Below, one piece after another: positions 43,822-54,191 of a stretch of 64,000 nt of DNA. Both the position numbers and the translations under genes were made by a program. The number at the start of each line of letters is the position of its first letter. The stretch's first letter is position 1. A model generated the notes under the pieces. That model did no database searches. It worked only from the letters and a program-made list of their open reading frames with translations, and was not told where the DNA came from. Origin of the DNA: Sphingomonas sp. 28-63-12 (GTDB lineage Bacteria > Pseudomonadota > Alphaproteobacteria > Sphingomonadales > Sphingomonadaceae); the NCBI RefSeq assembly GCF_002281535.1, contig NZ_NCGD01000006.1, one strand, 5' to 3'.

Positions 43822-44546
43822 ATCCCGAGCACCTCGGCCATCGAATAGCTGCCAGCCGGCTTGCCCGCCAGCCACAAGGCGGCGGTGATCGCTCCATGCG
43901 CAAAGATCGCGCGATCCTCGGCGCGGTGGCCAAGCTCGATCCGTTCGCCATTGCCGGCAAATATCACCTGATGATCGCCCGCCACCGTGCCGCCGCGCAG
44001 CGACGCCAGGCCGATCGTCCCCTCGGCGCGATCGCCGCTCAGCCCCGCGCGCCCGACCACGCTGACATTGCCCAGCGCGACGCCGCGCCCAGCGGCGGCG
44101 GCTTCGCCGAGCATCTGCGCGGTGCCCGAGGGCGCATCGACCTTGGCGCGGTGATGCATTTCGACGATCTCGATATCCCAACTACTGTCCAGGCGCGCCG
44201 CGGCCTCGCGCACCAGGCGGGCCAGCAACGTCACGCCGAGCGAGGTATTGCCGGTCTGCAACACGGCGATCTCCTGCGCCGCTTCGGCGACCAGCGCGCG
44301 GTGGGCCTGGGTGATGCCGGTCGTGCCGATCAGGATCGGCGTGCCAGCGGCACGGGCGGCGGCAAGATTGGCGGGGAGCGCACCGGGCACGGTAAAGTCG
44401 ACCAGCACATCGGCAAGACTGGCGAGCGGCGCCGGATCGCCGCCGGCATCGATGCCGCCGGCCAGGGTGGCGCCATAATCAGACAAGGCCGCCGCGATGG
44501 CCCGTCCCATGCGCCCTGCGCTGCCGTAAATTCCGATCGCCGTCAC
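43818..44546 (-). CDS. dapB: 4-hydroxy-tetrahydrodipicolinate reductase
   Basis: GSAGRMG N-terminus and the EIVEMHHRAKVDAPSGTA motif. Confidence 0.9.
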   Translation of the reverse strand: MTAIGIYGSAGRMGRAIAAALSDYGATLAGGIDAGGDPAPLASLADVLVDFTVPGALPANLAAARAAGTPILIGTTGITQAHRALVAEAAQEIAVLQTGNTSLGVTLLARLVREAAARLDSSWDIEIVEMHHRAKVDAPSGTAQMLGEAAAAGRGVALGNVSVVGRAGLSGDRAEGTIGLASLRGGTVAGDHQVIFAGNGERIELGHRAEDRAIFAHGAITAALWLAGKPAGSYSMAEVLGI

Positions 44547-44738
44547 TGCCTGCTCCGATTATCGTTTCTGGGGCAACGGATCGATACGCCGCCGCGCCCG
44601 AAGCACGGCAAAACGGATCGCGTTAGCCCGATCCGCGAAATGGCAGAAAGCGGCCATGGAAAACAGGGGGCTTTTTGCCACTGGCATCAAAAAGCCGCGT
44701 TTATGGCCTTTGCGGACAAAGCCGGTTACCGAGCAACG

Positions 44739-45452
44739 ATGGACCGCCATTCGACGATCGTCATCCTCACCGGCGCCGGCATTTCCGCCGAAAGTGGCCT
44801 TGCCACCTTTCGCGGCCCGGGCGGCCTGTGGGAGGGGCATCGCGTCGAGGATGTTTGCACCCCACAGGCGCTGGCGCGCGCGCCGGCGCTGGTCCACCGA
44901 TTTTATGATGATCGCCGGGCAGCCCTGGCCGGCGTTGCCCCCAATGCGGCCCATCAGGCGCTCGCCCGGCTCGATGCCGCATGGCCGGGCGACCTGCTGA
45001 TCGTCACGCAGAATGTCGATGACCTGCACGAGCGCGCGGGCGCGCAGCGGCTGCTCCACATGCACGGTGAGCTGAACTCGGCCTTGTGCGCGGCGTGCGG
45101 CACGCGCCGCGGCTGGCCTGGTCCGCTGCCGCCGGCGAGCGTTTGCCCGGCCTGCGCAGCGGCGGCGCTCCGCCCCGACATCGTGTTCTTTGGCGAAATG
45201 CCCTATCAGATGGAGCGGATTGAGGGGCTGCTGCGCCAGGCCGCGCTGTTCGTCTCGATCGGCACGTCGGGCGCGGTCTATCCGGCGGCGGGCTTCGTCC
45301 AGACGGCACGGCATTGCGGCGCGCAGACGCTGGAATTGAACCTCGAACCATCAGCCGGGAGCGGCCTGTTCCACCAGACCCGGCTCGGCGCCGCGAGTGC
45401 GCTGGTGCCGGCCTGGGTGGAGGAAATGCTGGGCCAGGCCGTAGGCAGCTAG
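44739..45452 (+). CDS. cobB: NAD-dependent protein deacylase (Sir2 family)
   Basis: GAGISAESG..FRG, QNVDDLHERAG and a Zn-binding Cys pair pattern. ATG 44703 is an alternative start. Confidence 0.85.
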   Translation: MDRHSTIVILTGAGISAESGLATFRGPGGLWEGHRVEDVCTPQALARAPALVHRFYDDRRAALAGVAPNAAHQALARLDAAWPGDLLIVTQNVDDLHERAGAQRLLHMHGELNSALCAACGTRRGWPGPLPPASVCPACAAAALRPDIVFFGEMPYQMERIEGLLRQAALFVSIGTSGAVYPAAGFVQTARHCGAQTLELNLEPSAGSGLFHQTRLGAASALVPAWVEEMLGQAVGS

Positions 45453-45511
45453 ATCAGCCCTTCGGCTAACGCCCAGTTGCAGACATGCGCATCTGCCTTA
45501 AGCTACCGCGT

Positions 45512-45901
45512 ATGAGCAAGCGTTCCAACTCAAGCAAAAGCATCCTCATCGGTCTGATCGCCGCCTTTGGTATTGCGGCGGTCACCGTAGGCGGCTCAGT
45601 CATTCTCGCAATCCAAGCAGGGAACCGGATTGACCTGACTGAGGAGGGGGGTGTCCTGCTGTTCCAGATAGTGTGGGTAGCTGCGCCCTTTGTGGCACTC
45701 TCCTTAGCACAAGTGCGTGCGAAACGGGCTTGGGTCGCTGGAGTCGTCGTGACGCTTATGTTCTGGTCTGCCTATCTTGCTTCGGCATACCTCAGTCATG
45801 GGGGTGGGGCGAACATCGGTATGGGCCTACTGATGCTTGCTTCGCCCTTAATCACAGCTGCAGCGGCATTCGGCGCATCCGCCTTGAGGAGCAGAAAGTG
45901 A
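45512..45901 (+). CDS. Hypothetical membrane protein (lower GC than neighbours)
   Basis: ORF 45485..45901; the start is taken at MSKRSNSSK; about 4 hydrophobic segments. Confidence 0.45.
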   Translation: MSKRSNSSKSILIGLIAAFGIAAVTVGGSVILAIQAGNRIDLTEEGGVLLFQIVWVAAPFVALSLAQVRAKRAWVAGVVVTLMFWSAYLASAYLSHGGGANIGMGLLMLASPLITAAAAFGASALRSRK

Positions 45902-45959
45902 TCTAGCGAATGACCGCTTCCCACCAACTTCTGACCATTCGCGCTTTTGGACTTGCGCC

Positions 45960-46964
45960 TTAATCGGCCGGCTTGTCGCTTTTGCGGCGCGTGCGCGGGG
46001 CGAGGCCGTCGATGGCATTGGCCACGCCGGTCCGCGCGCGCCGGTCGATCCGCAGCTCGAACACATCGGGGCGCGAATAATGGCCGTCGGTGTCAAGTGC
46101 GGCAAGGCCCCGGCCGATGGCCGACAGATCGAGATCGGCGATCAGCAGGTCCGCATCCGCGCGGGCTTCGGCAATGATCACGCCGTCAGGCCCAATGATT
46201 GCACTGCCGCCAAATTGCAGCTGGCCTTCGGGCATGCCCTTGATCAGCGCCAGCGCATCGACATCACCGCCGACGCGCGCCAGCCCTTCCAGCAGCTCGC
46301 TGCGATCCTGGATCGTCCCCGCCGCCAATACGAAACAGCGCCCTTCAAACGCATAATGGCGCGACGCGACGAGATGTACCTCGCGCACCGTCGGCCAGGC
46401 GGCGACATGCACCGCCTCGCCTTCATGATGCATGGCGGCGCGGACCAGCGGCATCCAATGCTCCCAGCAGATCAGCTGGCCAAGATTGCCCCAATCGGCC
46501 GCATGCACCTCAAGCGTCGATCCGTCGCCCCTGCCCCAGATCATCCGCTCGCCATGGGTCGGCACCAATTTGCGGTGGAGGACCGGCGGCAGTGCAGGGC
46601 GGAAGATATATTGCGTGTTGGTGATCGTCGATCGCACCCGTTCATGCCCGCCGACGCAGACGATGATGCCCGACGCATCGACCAAAGCCTGCAGCGGGAC
46701 GAGCCGCGGGTCATTCTTGCGCAGCGCCTGATCAAGGATGATCGAATGCAGCGCCTGCGTGCCTTTATGGTCCCAGATCGCGGCACCCGGCGCTTCGTCG
46801 AGCCACAGTGGATAGCCGCCCAGAAAGGTCTCACCAAAGGCAATCAGTTCGGCGCCGATATCGATCGCGTCGCCGACCTGCTCGATCAATCGCTCGATGC
46901 CATAATCGATGCACAACGGCACCGGTGCCGCCTGATAGATTGCCGCCTTCACCCTCTTGGTCAT
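45960..46964 (-). CDS. Carbon-nitrogen hydrolase family protein (nitrilase-like)
   Basis: It carries the FGETFLGGYP, HRKLVPT and LICWEHWMP (catalytic Cys) motifs. Its start overlaps the era stop by 4 nt. Confidence 0.8.
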   Translation of the reverse strand: MTKRVKAAIYQAAPVPLCIDYGIERLIEQVGDAIDIGAELIAFGETFLGGYPLWLDEAPGAAIWDHKGTQALHSIILDQALRKNDPRLVPLQALVDASGIIVCVGGHERVRSTITNTQYIFRPALPPVLHRKLVPTHGERMIWGRGDGSTLEVHAADWGNLGQLICWEHWMPLVRAAMHHEGEAVHVAAWPTVREVHLVASRHYAFEGRCFVLAAGTIQDRSELLEGLARVGGDVDALALIKGMPEGQLQFGGSAIIGPDGVIIAEARADADLLIADLDLSAIGRGLAALDTDGHYSRPDVFELRIDRRARTGVANAIDGLAPRTRRKSDKPAD

Positions 46965-47869
46965 TCTACCCAGTCCAGCCCCATGTCGCGGTATACACCA
47001 CGATCATCATCCCAGTTTTCCTTTACCTTGACGTGAAGATAGAGGTGCACCGGACGCCCCATCAAATTCGACAGCTCGGCGCGGGCGCGGGCGCCGATTT
47101 CCTTGATGCGCTGGCCGCCCTTGCCGAGCACGATCGCGCGCTGGGTGGTGCGCGCGACGAGGATCTGCTGGTGGATTTCGACCGATCCGTCCTCGCGTTC
47201 CTTATACTGCTCGGTCTCGACCGCGCTCGCATAGGGAAGTTCGGCGTGGAGCTGGAGATAGAGCTGCTCGCGCGTCACTTCGGCCGCCAGCATGCGTTCG
47301 GTGGCGTCGGAGACCTGGTCTTCGGGGAAATGCCACGGGCCGAGCGGCATCGCCCTGGCAAAGGCGGCCTTGAGTTCGGGCAGACCATCCCCGGTCGAGG
47401 CGCTGACGAAGAAGATTTCTTCGAACGGCACCGCATCGTTCAGCCGCTTGGCATGGCCGAGCAGCCGTTCCTTCTCAGCGATATCCACTTTGTTGAGGAT
47501 CAGATATTTGGGTTCGCGGCGATGCTTCAGCCCTTCGGCGATCGCCATCACCTTGGGGCCGATGCCGCCCTTGCCATCGACGACGAGCGCAATCACGTCG
47601 GCACCTTCCGCCCCCGACCATGCAGCGGCGACCATCGCGCGATCAAGCCGGCGCTTGGGCTCGAAAATGCCGGGCGTATCGACCAGCAGGATCTGCGTAT
47701 CGCCCTCGATCGCGACGCCCATCAGCCGGGTGCGCGTGGTTTGCGCCTTGGGGCTGACGATCGCGACCTTCTGGCCGACAAGCGCGTTGACGAGCGTCGA
47801 TTTGCCCGCATTGGGCGCGCCGACAACGGCGATCAGGCCGCAGGATTGGGGAGACAAGGTTTCAGTCAT
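46961..47869 (-). CDS. era: GTPase Era
   Basis: GAPNAGKSTL, DTPG and NKVD G-motifs plus a KH C-terminal domain. Confidence 0.92.
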   Translation of the reverse strand: MTETLSPQSCGLIAVVGAPNAGKSTLVNALVGQKVAIVSPKAQTTRTRLMGVAIEGDTQILLVDTPGIFEPKRRLDRAMVAAAWSGAEGADVIALVVDGKGGIGPKVMAIAEGLKHRREPKYLILNKVDIAEKERLLGHAKRLNDAVPFEEIFFVSASTGDGLPELKAAFARAMPLGPWHFPEDQVSDATERMLAAEVTREQLYLQLHAELPYASAVETEQYKEREDGSVEIHQQILVARTTQRAIVLGKGGQRIKEIGARARAELSNLMGRPVHLYLHVKVKENWDDDRGVYRDMGLDWVE

Positions 47870-47937
47870 TGGTGATCAAATTTTCCGTTCGAGCTGAGGG
47901 TGTCGAAGCACCGTAGCTTTCCCTTTTGCAACGGAAA

Positions 47938-48609
47938 TCACGCCTCAAGCTGCGCCAGCAGCGCCGCCGCCGCCGCCGTCTCTGCCTCCTGCTTGGACGT
48001 GCCGGTGGCGCTTGCCTCGGCCAATTTGCCGATGCTGACCCGCACGGTGAAGACCGGCGCATGCTGCGGGCCGGATCGGTCGACGATCGCATAATCGGGC
48101 GGGCGGCGGTTATGCGCGGCGGCCCATTCCTGCAGCGCTGATTTGGGGTGTTGCGGCGCGCGGGCCTGGGTGGTCACGCTGTCGCCCCACAGCCGGCGGA
48201 TCGCGCTGCGCACCGCCGCCAGGCCATGATCGCGGTAGAGCGCCCCGATCAGCGCCTCCATCACATCGCCCAGCACATTGTCGCTGTCGGCTGCGCCATC
48301 GTCGCGCGCCTGCTTGCCGAGCTTCAGCCTGGCGGCGACGCCATTGGCGCGCGCCACCGTGGCGCAGACCGGCCCGGTCACCAGCGCATTGAGCCGTTTC
48401 GACAATTGCCCTTCGGGTTCGTCGGCGAAAAGCTCGAACAGCCATTCGGCAATGATCAGCCCCAGCACCCGGTCGCCGAGAAATTCCAGCCGCTCGTAAT
48501 TGGCAGCGGCCTGGCTGCCATGCGTCAGTGCCCGGTCATACAGCGCGATATCCTTTGGCGGGACCCCGAGCAGCTGTTCGAGCCAGCCGCCAAGCGTGGT
48601 GTCGCTCAA
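47938..48609 (-). CDS. rnc: Ribonuclease III
   Basis: The ERLEFLGDRVL signature and a dsRBD C-terminus are present. TTG 48609 (overlapping the lepB stop) is preferred, and the ORF is open to 48651. Confidence 0.88.
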   Translation of the reverse strand: MSDTTLGGWLEQLLGVPPKDIALYDRALTHGSQAAANYERLEFLGDRVLGLIIAEWLFELFADEPEGQLSKRLNALVTGPVCATVARANGVAARLKLGKQARDDGAADSDNVLGDVMEALIGALYRDHGLAAVRSAIRRLWGDSVTTQARAPQHPKSALQEWAAAHNRRPPDYAIVDRSGPQHAPVFTVRVSIGKLAEASATGTSKQEAETAAAAALLAQLEA

Positions 48610-49421
48610 AAGCTGCCGCCGATCCGCCCCCAGCGGGCAGCGCTGAACCATGTCCAGGGCAGGAACCAGCTGGCGGTGCCATCGGTGGAGAAGAACATCA
48701 GCACCGCCTTGCCCTCCAGATTGCGGGTCGGGACATAGCCGATACCCTGGCCCTCGGTTGCCGGAAAGCGGCTGTCGGCGCTGTCGTCGCGATTGTCGCC
48801 CATCATGAAGACATGGTCGGCGGGCACGGTGAATAGCCCGGTATTGTCGGCGGCCGTCTCGCCACGATCGAGGACATTATAGCTGCGGCCACTCGGCAGC
48901 GTCTCGCGATATTGCGCATAGCGGCAGATCGGCTTGCCCTTGTCGCTGTCCTGAAAGTCGACCGAGCAGGTGTAATTGGGGGTGATCGGCACGATGAAAT
49001 CGGCGATCCGCTGCTTGGGCACCTTCTTGCCGTTCAGGATCAACTGGCCCTGGCGCATCTGAATGGTATCACCGGGCAGGCCGATGACGCGCTTGATATA
49101 ATCCTCATCATTGCCAGGCGGTGCCTTGAACACCGCGATGTCGCCGCGTTCGGGCAACCGCGCCAGGATATGGCCCGGGATCAGCGGCAGGCTGAACGGC
49201 AGGCTGTAGCGCGAATAACCGTAATTCCATTTCGACACGAACAGATAGTCGCCAACCAGCAGGCGCGGCAGCATCGATTCAGACGGGATGTTGAACGGCG
49301 AGAAGATGAAGCTGCGGAAGATGCTGACGATGATCACCAGCTTGATCAGGAACGAGATCGTCTCGCGAGTCTCCGCGCCCAGAGTCACCGGTATCTTGCT
49401 GCGGCTGGCGGTCTCGGTCAT
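48606..49421 (-). CDS. lepB: Signal peptidase I
   Basis: IPSESMLPRL, the GDNRDDSADSRF box and the S26 family layout. Confidence 0.9.
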   Translation of the reverse strand: MTETASRSKIPVTLGAETRETISFLIKLVIIVSIFRSFIFSPFNIPSESMLPRLLVGDYLFVSKWNYGYSRYSLPFSLPLIPGHILARLPERGDIAVFKAPPGNDEDYIKRVIGLPGDTIQMRQGQLILNGKKVPKQRIADFIVPITPNYTCSVDFQDSDKGKPICRYAQYRETLPSGRSYNVLDRGETAADNTGLFTVPADHVFMMGDNRDDSADSRFPATEGQGIGYVPTRNLEGKAVLMFFSTDGTASWFLPWTWFSAARWGRIGGSF

Positions 49422-49557
49422 GCCCCGCCTTTGCTTGGGCGCGCTTGCGGCGTCAAGCCGGGCGTTTCGGGTGGCAGGCGCTGTAATGGGACGCTAGAGC
49501 GGATTTGGCCCGGCTTGGTGCGGCTTTGCCCGCCACTCATGGTGATCTTTTGGAGAA

Positions 49558-51060
49558 ATGCCGATGTCCTCCCCCGATTGGCACGTGATCGAGGCGCTCG
49601 ACCCGCCACCGTTGCAAACCCTGTTTGCCGAGGATCCCGATCGGGTGGCCCGGTTCGGCATCGATGTGGCCGGGCTGCATTTCGACTGGTCGAAAACCCA
49701 TTTGACCGCCGAGGCGGTGGCCGCATTCGAATCGCTCGCCAAGGCACAGGACCTGTCGGGCAAGCGTGAGGCGCTGTTTCGTGGCGAAGCGGTCAACGTC
49801 ACCGAAGGGCGTGCCGCCGAACATAGTGCCGAGCGCGGCGAAGGCGCGGAAGACAGCGTGACCCGCGCCGGCTTGCTCCACGCGCGGATGCGCGCGCTGA
49901 TCGATGCGATCGAGATGGAGGCGCTGGGGCCGATTGCGCATATTCTGCATATCGGCATCGGCGGATCGGCGCTTGGCCCCGATTTGTTGATCGATGCGCT
50001 TGGCCGAGACGAGGATCGTTATGAAGTGGCGGTCGTCTCCAATGTTGACGGCTGCGCGCTCGAAGAGGCATTTGCCCGGTTCGATCCGACCGCAACCTTG
50101 CTGGTCATCGCCTCCAAGACCTTCACCACCACTGAGACCTTGCTCAACGCCACCAGCGCGCTCGATTGGCTGCGCGACGGCGGCAATGAAGACCCCTATG
50201 GCCGCGTGATCGCGCTCACCGCCGCGCCCGACAAGGCGGTTGAATGGGGGGTCGACGAAACCCGCGTGCTGCCCTTCGCCGAATCGGTTGGCGGGCGCTA
50301 TTCGCTCTGGTCGTCGATCGGCTTTCCGGCTGCGCTGGCGCTCGGCTGGGCGGCGTTCGAGGAAATGCTGGAGGGTGCAGGCGAGATGGATCGCCATTTC
50401 CGCCTTGCTGCGGCGCATGAAAATGCCCCGGTGCTCGCCGCCTTTGCCGATCTTTTCTATACGCAGGTCAAGGGGTGCGAGACCCGCGCCACCTTCGCCT
50501 ATGACGAACGGCTGCGGCTATTGCCGAGCTATCTTCAGCAGCTTGAGATGGAATCGAACGGCAAGAGCGTGCGGAGCGATGGCCGGCCGGTCGGCCGGGC
50601 GACCGCGCCGATCACCTGGGGCGGGGTCGGCACCGATGCCCAGCATGCGGTGTTCCAGCTGCTCCATCAGGGCACCCACCTGATCCCGGTCGAATTCGTC
50701 GCGGTGGCCGAACCAGGTGACGCGCTCGACGACGACCATCACCGCCAGTTGCTGCTCAACTGCTTTGCGCAAGGCGCGGCGCTGATGGCGGGGCGGGCCA
50801 ATGACGCCGATCCGGCCCGCGCCTATCCCGGCAACCGGCCGAGCGCGACCATTCTGATCGAAACGCTCGATGCCCGGGCGCTGGGCGCGCTGATCGCGTT
50901 TTATGAACAACGCACCTTCGTCAACGCCGTGCTGCTGGGAATCAACCCGTTCGACCAGTTCGGTGTCGAACTGGGCAAGGAAATGGCCAAGGCGGCTGGT
51001 CAGGGGGGGCTGGACTTTGATGCCTCCACCACCGATTTGATCATGCGCGCGTTCGGGTAA
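49558..51060 (+). CDS. pgi: Glucose-6-phosphate isomerase
   Basis: 500 aa; IGIGGSALGP, GGRYSLWS and WGGVGTDAQHAVFQLLHQG motifs. Confidence 0.9.
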   Translation: MPMSSPDWHVIEALDPPPLQTLFAEDPDRVARFGIDVAGLHFDWSKTHLTAEAVAAFESLAKAQDLSGKREALFRGEAVNVTEGRAAEHSAERGEGAEDSVTRAGLLHARMRALIDAIEMEALGPIAHILHIGIGGSALGPDLLIDALGRDEDRYEVAVVSNVDGCALEEAFARFDPTATLLVIASKTFTTTETLLNATSALDWLRDGGNEDPYGRVIALTAAPDKAVEWGVDETRVLPFAESVGGRYSLWSSIGFPAALALGWAAFEEMLEGAGEMDRHFRLAAAHENAPVLAAFADLFYTQVKGCETRATFAYDERLRLLPSYLQQLEMESNGKSVRSDGRPVGRATAPITWGGVGTDAQHAVFQLLHQGTHLIPVEFVAVAEPGDALDDDHHRQLLLNCFAQGAALMAGRANDADPARAYPGNRPSATILIETLDARALGALIAFYEQRTFVNAVLLGINPFDQFGVELGKEMAKAAGQGGLDFDASTTDLIMRAFG

Positions 51061-51154
51061 GCCATCCCACCAAAACGTCATGCCGCGGAACGCCGGCATC
51101 TTATGCGGCAGGAGACCCCAGCTTCCGCTGGGGTGACGCCATCAAGGAACGATC

Positions 51155-52498
51155 ATGACGACCTACGATTATGACCTCTTTGTCATCGGCGCTGGCTCGG
51201 GCGGTGTCCGCGCCGGCCGTGGGTCGTCGGCGCACGGCGCCAGGGTCGCGATCGCCGAGGAGTTCCGCGTCGGCGGCACGTGCGTCATCCGCGGCTGCGT
51301 GCCCAAGAAGCTGCTCGTCTATGGTGCGCATTTCGCCGAGGATCTGGCTGACGCGCGCCGCTTCGGCTGGAACGTGCCCGATTGCAGCTTCGACTGGCCG
51401 CGGCTGCGCGACAATGTGCTCGCTGAAGTCGACCGGCTCAACGCTGCCTATACGACCACGCTCGACAGCCACAAGGTCGAGGTGATCCTTGAACGCGCCG
51501 AGGTTGCCGGCCCGAATGAAATACGGCTTGGCAGCGGCAAAACGGTGACCGCCGGCCGCATCCTGATCGCGACGGGCGCCACCCCGCAATTGCTCCACTT
51601 CCCCGGCAGCGAGCATGCGATCACCTCCAACGAGGTGTTCCACCTGCCCACCCTGCCCAAACGCGTGCTGATCGCCGGCGCGGGCTATATCGCCAATGAA
51701 TTTGCCGGCATCTTCCACGAATTCGGCAGCGCGGTGACGGTGGTCAACCGCAGCGATGCGATCCTGCGCGGCTATGACGAGCAAATCCGCGACCGGCTGC
51801 TGCAAATCTCGATGGGCAAGGGCATTCAGTTCCGCTTCAACACGGTGTTCAAATCGATCGCCAAGCAGGACGATGGCAGCCTGCTGGTCGAATTCACCAG
51901 CGGCGAACCGATGACCGTCGATTGCGTGATGTTCGCCACCGGTCGGGTGCCCAATATCGCCGGGCTGGGGCTGGAAGAAGCCGGCGTCGTGCTCGACAAC
52001 GGCGCCGTCAGGGTTGACGACGATAATCAGTCGAGCGTGCCGAGCATCTATGCGGTCGGCGACGTCACCAATCGGGTCCAGCTCACTCCGGTGGCGATCC
52101 GTGAGGGCCAAGCCTTTGCCGATACAATCTTCGGCGGCAAGCCGACGCGCGTCGATTATGGCTGCATCCCCAGCGCGGTGTTCAGCCACCCGCCGATCGG
52201 CGCCGTCGGGCTGACCGAAGGCCAGGCCAAGGAGAAATATGGCGCGGTGAAGGTTTACACCTCCGATTTCCGCCCAATGAAGAATGTGCTCGCCGGCCGC
52301 AACGAACGCGCGCTCTACAAGATGGTGTGCGATGCCGCGACGAACCGTGTTGTCGGCCTGCACATGATCGGCCCGGAATCGGGCGAGATCATCCAGGCGG
52401 CGGCAGTCGCGGTGAAGGCGGGCCTGACCAAGGACGCCTTCGACCAGACCATCGCGCTCCACCCGACCATGGCCGAAGAACTGGTGCTGATGAAATAG
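51155..52498 (+). CDS. gor: Glutathione-disulfide reductase
   Basis: FVIGAGSGG, the redox-active GGTCVIRGCVPKK site and a C-terminal HPT..EE dimerisation motif. Confidence 0.85.
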   Translation: MTTYDYDLFVIGAGSGGVRAGRGSSAHGARVAIAEEFRVGGTCVIRGCVPKKLLVYGAHFAEDLADARRFGWNVPDCSFDWPRLRDNVLAEVDRLNAAYTTTLDSHKVEVILERAEVAGPNEIRLGSGKTVTAGRILIATGATPQLLHFPGSEHAITSNEVFHLPTLPKRVLIAGAGYIANEFAGIFHEFGSAVTVVNRSDAILRGYDEQIRDRLLQISMGKGIQFRFNTVFKSIAKQDDGSLLVEFTSGEPMTVDCVMFATGRVPNIAGLGLEEAGVVLDNGAVRVDDDNQSSVPSIYAVGDVTNRVQLTPVAIREGQAFADTIFGGKPTRVDYGCIPSAVFSHPPIGAVGLTEGQAKEKYGAVKVYTSDFRPMKNVLAGRNERALYKMVCDAATNRVVGLHMIGPESGEIIQAAAVAVKAGLTKDAFDQTIALHPTMAEELVLMK

Positions 52499-52568
52499 GG
52501 ACGACTGGGGGGGGCAGAATGCCCCCCTCCCCTCGACAATCGCCGCCCGCCACGGCACCACCACGCCC

Positions 52569-54191
52569 ATGACCAAGAAATATGACGCGATCATCATTGG
52601 CGGCGGGCATAATGGCCTTGTCTGCGCTTTCTACCTCGCGCGCGCTGGGCTGAAGGTCCGCGTCCTTGAACGCCGCGACATCATCGGCGGGGCGTGCGTG
52701 ACCGAGGAGTTTCACCCCGGGTTCCGCAACTCGACCGCCAGCTACACGGTGTCGCTGCTCCGCCCGCAGGTGATTGCCGACATGAAACTGCACGACCGTG
52801 GCTATCGCATCATCGAACGCACGATCAGCAATTTCTTCCCCTTCCCTGATACCTATATGACGCTGGGCGGGGGCACCGCGCGGACACAGGCAGAGTTTGC
52901 GCGCTTCTCGACCAAGGATGCCGAGACTTTTCCCGCCTATGAAGCGGCGCTGGAGCGCGTGGCGGAGGTGCTGCGCGACCTGTCCTTGAAAACCCCGCCC
53001 AATGCCGGCGGTGGCATCGCCGCGCTGCTGAGCGCCGCGGCGCAGGGGCGCAAGCTGGCCGGGATGAGCGTCGATGCGCAGGCCGATGTGCTCGACATGT
53101 TTACCAAGAGCGCGCGCGACTTTCTGGATGGCTGGTATGAGGACGACCACGTCAAGACCGCCTTCGGCTTTGACGCGGTGGTGGGGAATTATGCCGGCGT
53201 CAGCACGCCGGGTTCGGCCTATGTCCTGCTCCACCACGTATTTGGCGAAGTGAACGGCAAGAAGGGCGCCTGGGGCCATTCGGTCGGCGGGATGGGCGCG
53301 ATCACCAAGGCAATGGCCGAGGCGTGCGTCGCGCACGGCGTCGAGATCAGCCTGGAAGCACCGGTCGCGCAGGTTTTGGTGGACGGCAAGCGCGCCGTCG
53401 GCGTGCGGCTCGAATCGGGCGAAGAGATCGCCGCCGATATCCTCGCGGCCAATGTCGGCCCAGCCCTGCTCTATCGCCAACTGATCGCCGGGAGCGACCT
53501 GAAGCCCGACTTCAAGCGACGGATCGACAATTTCAAGACCGGCTCCGGCACCGTCCGGATGAATGTCGCGCTGTCCGAACTGCCCGATTTCAGCGTGATG
53601 CCCGGCAAGGAAAAGGCCGAGCACCACACCGCCGGGATCATCATCGCGCCCGGCATGGACTATATGGACGCGGCTTACGACGATGCCCGCGCCTTTGGCT
53701 GGTCAAAGGCACCGATCATCGAGATGAAATTGCCCTCGACCGTCGATGATTCTCTGGCCCCGCCGGGCTGCCACGTCGCCAGCCTGTTCTGCCAGCAATT
53801 CGCGCCCGAGCTGCCGGATGGCCGCAGCTGGGACGACGAGCGCGAGGCCGCCGCGGATCACATCATCGATTGCGTCACGCAGCACGCCCCCAATTTCAAA
53901 GCCAGCATCATCGCGCGGCAAATCCACTCCCCGCTCGATCTGGAGCGCAAGTTCGGCCTCATCGGCGGCGACATCTTCCACGGGCGGATGAGCCTTGACC
54001 AGCTCTGGGCGGCGCGGCCGGTGCTGGGGCATGGCGATTACCGCAGCCCCATTGCCGGGCTCTATATGTGCGGTTCGGGCACGCATCCGGGCGGCGGAGT
54101 GACGGGCGCGCCGGGGCACAATGCCGCGCACGAGATCTTGAAGGACCGGAGCCTGCTAGGCCGGTTGTTCCGCAAGCGGGCGGTGGCCTGA
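52569..54191 (+). CDS. FAD-dependent oxidoreductase, phytoene-desaturase (CrtI)-like family
   Basis: DAIIIGGGHNGL dinucleotide-binding start; 540 aa; C-terminal GSGTHPGGGV motif. Confidence 0.8.
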   Translation: MTKKYDAIIIGGGHNGLVCAFYLARAGLKVRVLERRDIIGGACVTEEFHPGFRNSTASYTVSLLRPQVIADMKLHDRGYRIIERTISNFFPFPDTYMTLGGGTARTQAEFARFSTKDAETFPAYEAALERVAEVLRDLSLKTPPNAGGGIAALLSAAAQGRKLAGMSVDAQADVLDMFTKSARDFLDGWYEDDHVKTAFGFDAVVGNYAGVSTPGSAYVLLHHVFGEVNGKKGAWGHSVGGMGAITKAMAEACVAHGVEISLEAPVAQVLVDGKRAVGVRLESGEEIAADILAANVGPALLYRQLIAGSDLKPDFKRRIDNFKTGSGTVRMNVALSELPDFSVMPGKEKAEHHTAGIIIAPGMDYMDAAYDDARAFGWSKAPIIEMKLPSTVDDSLAPPGCHVASLFCQQFAPELPDGRSWDDEREAAADHIIDCVTQHAPNFKASIIARQIHSPLDLERKFGLIGGDIFHGRMSLDQLWAARPVLGHGDYRSPIAGLYMCGSGTHPGGGVTGAPGHNAAHEILKDRSLLGRLFRKRAVA

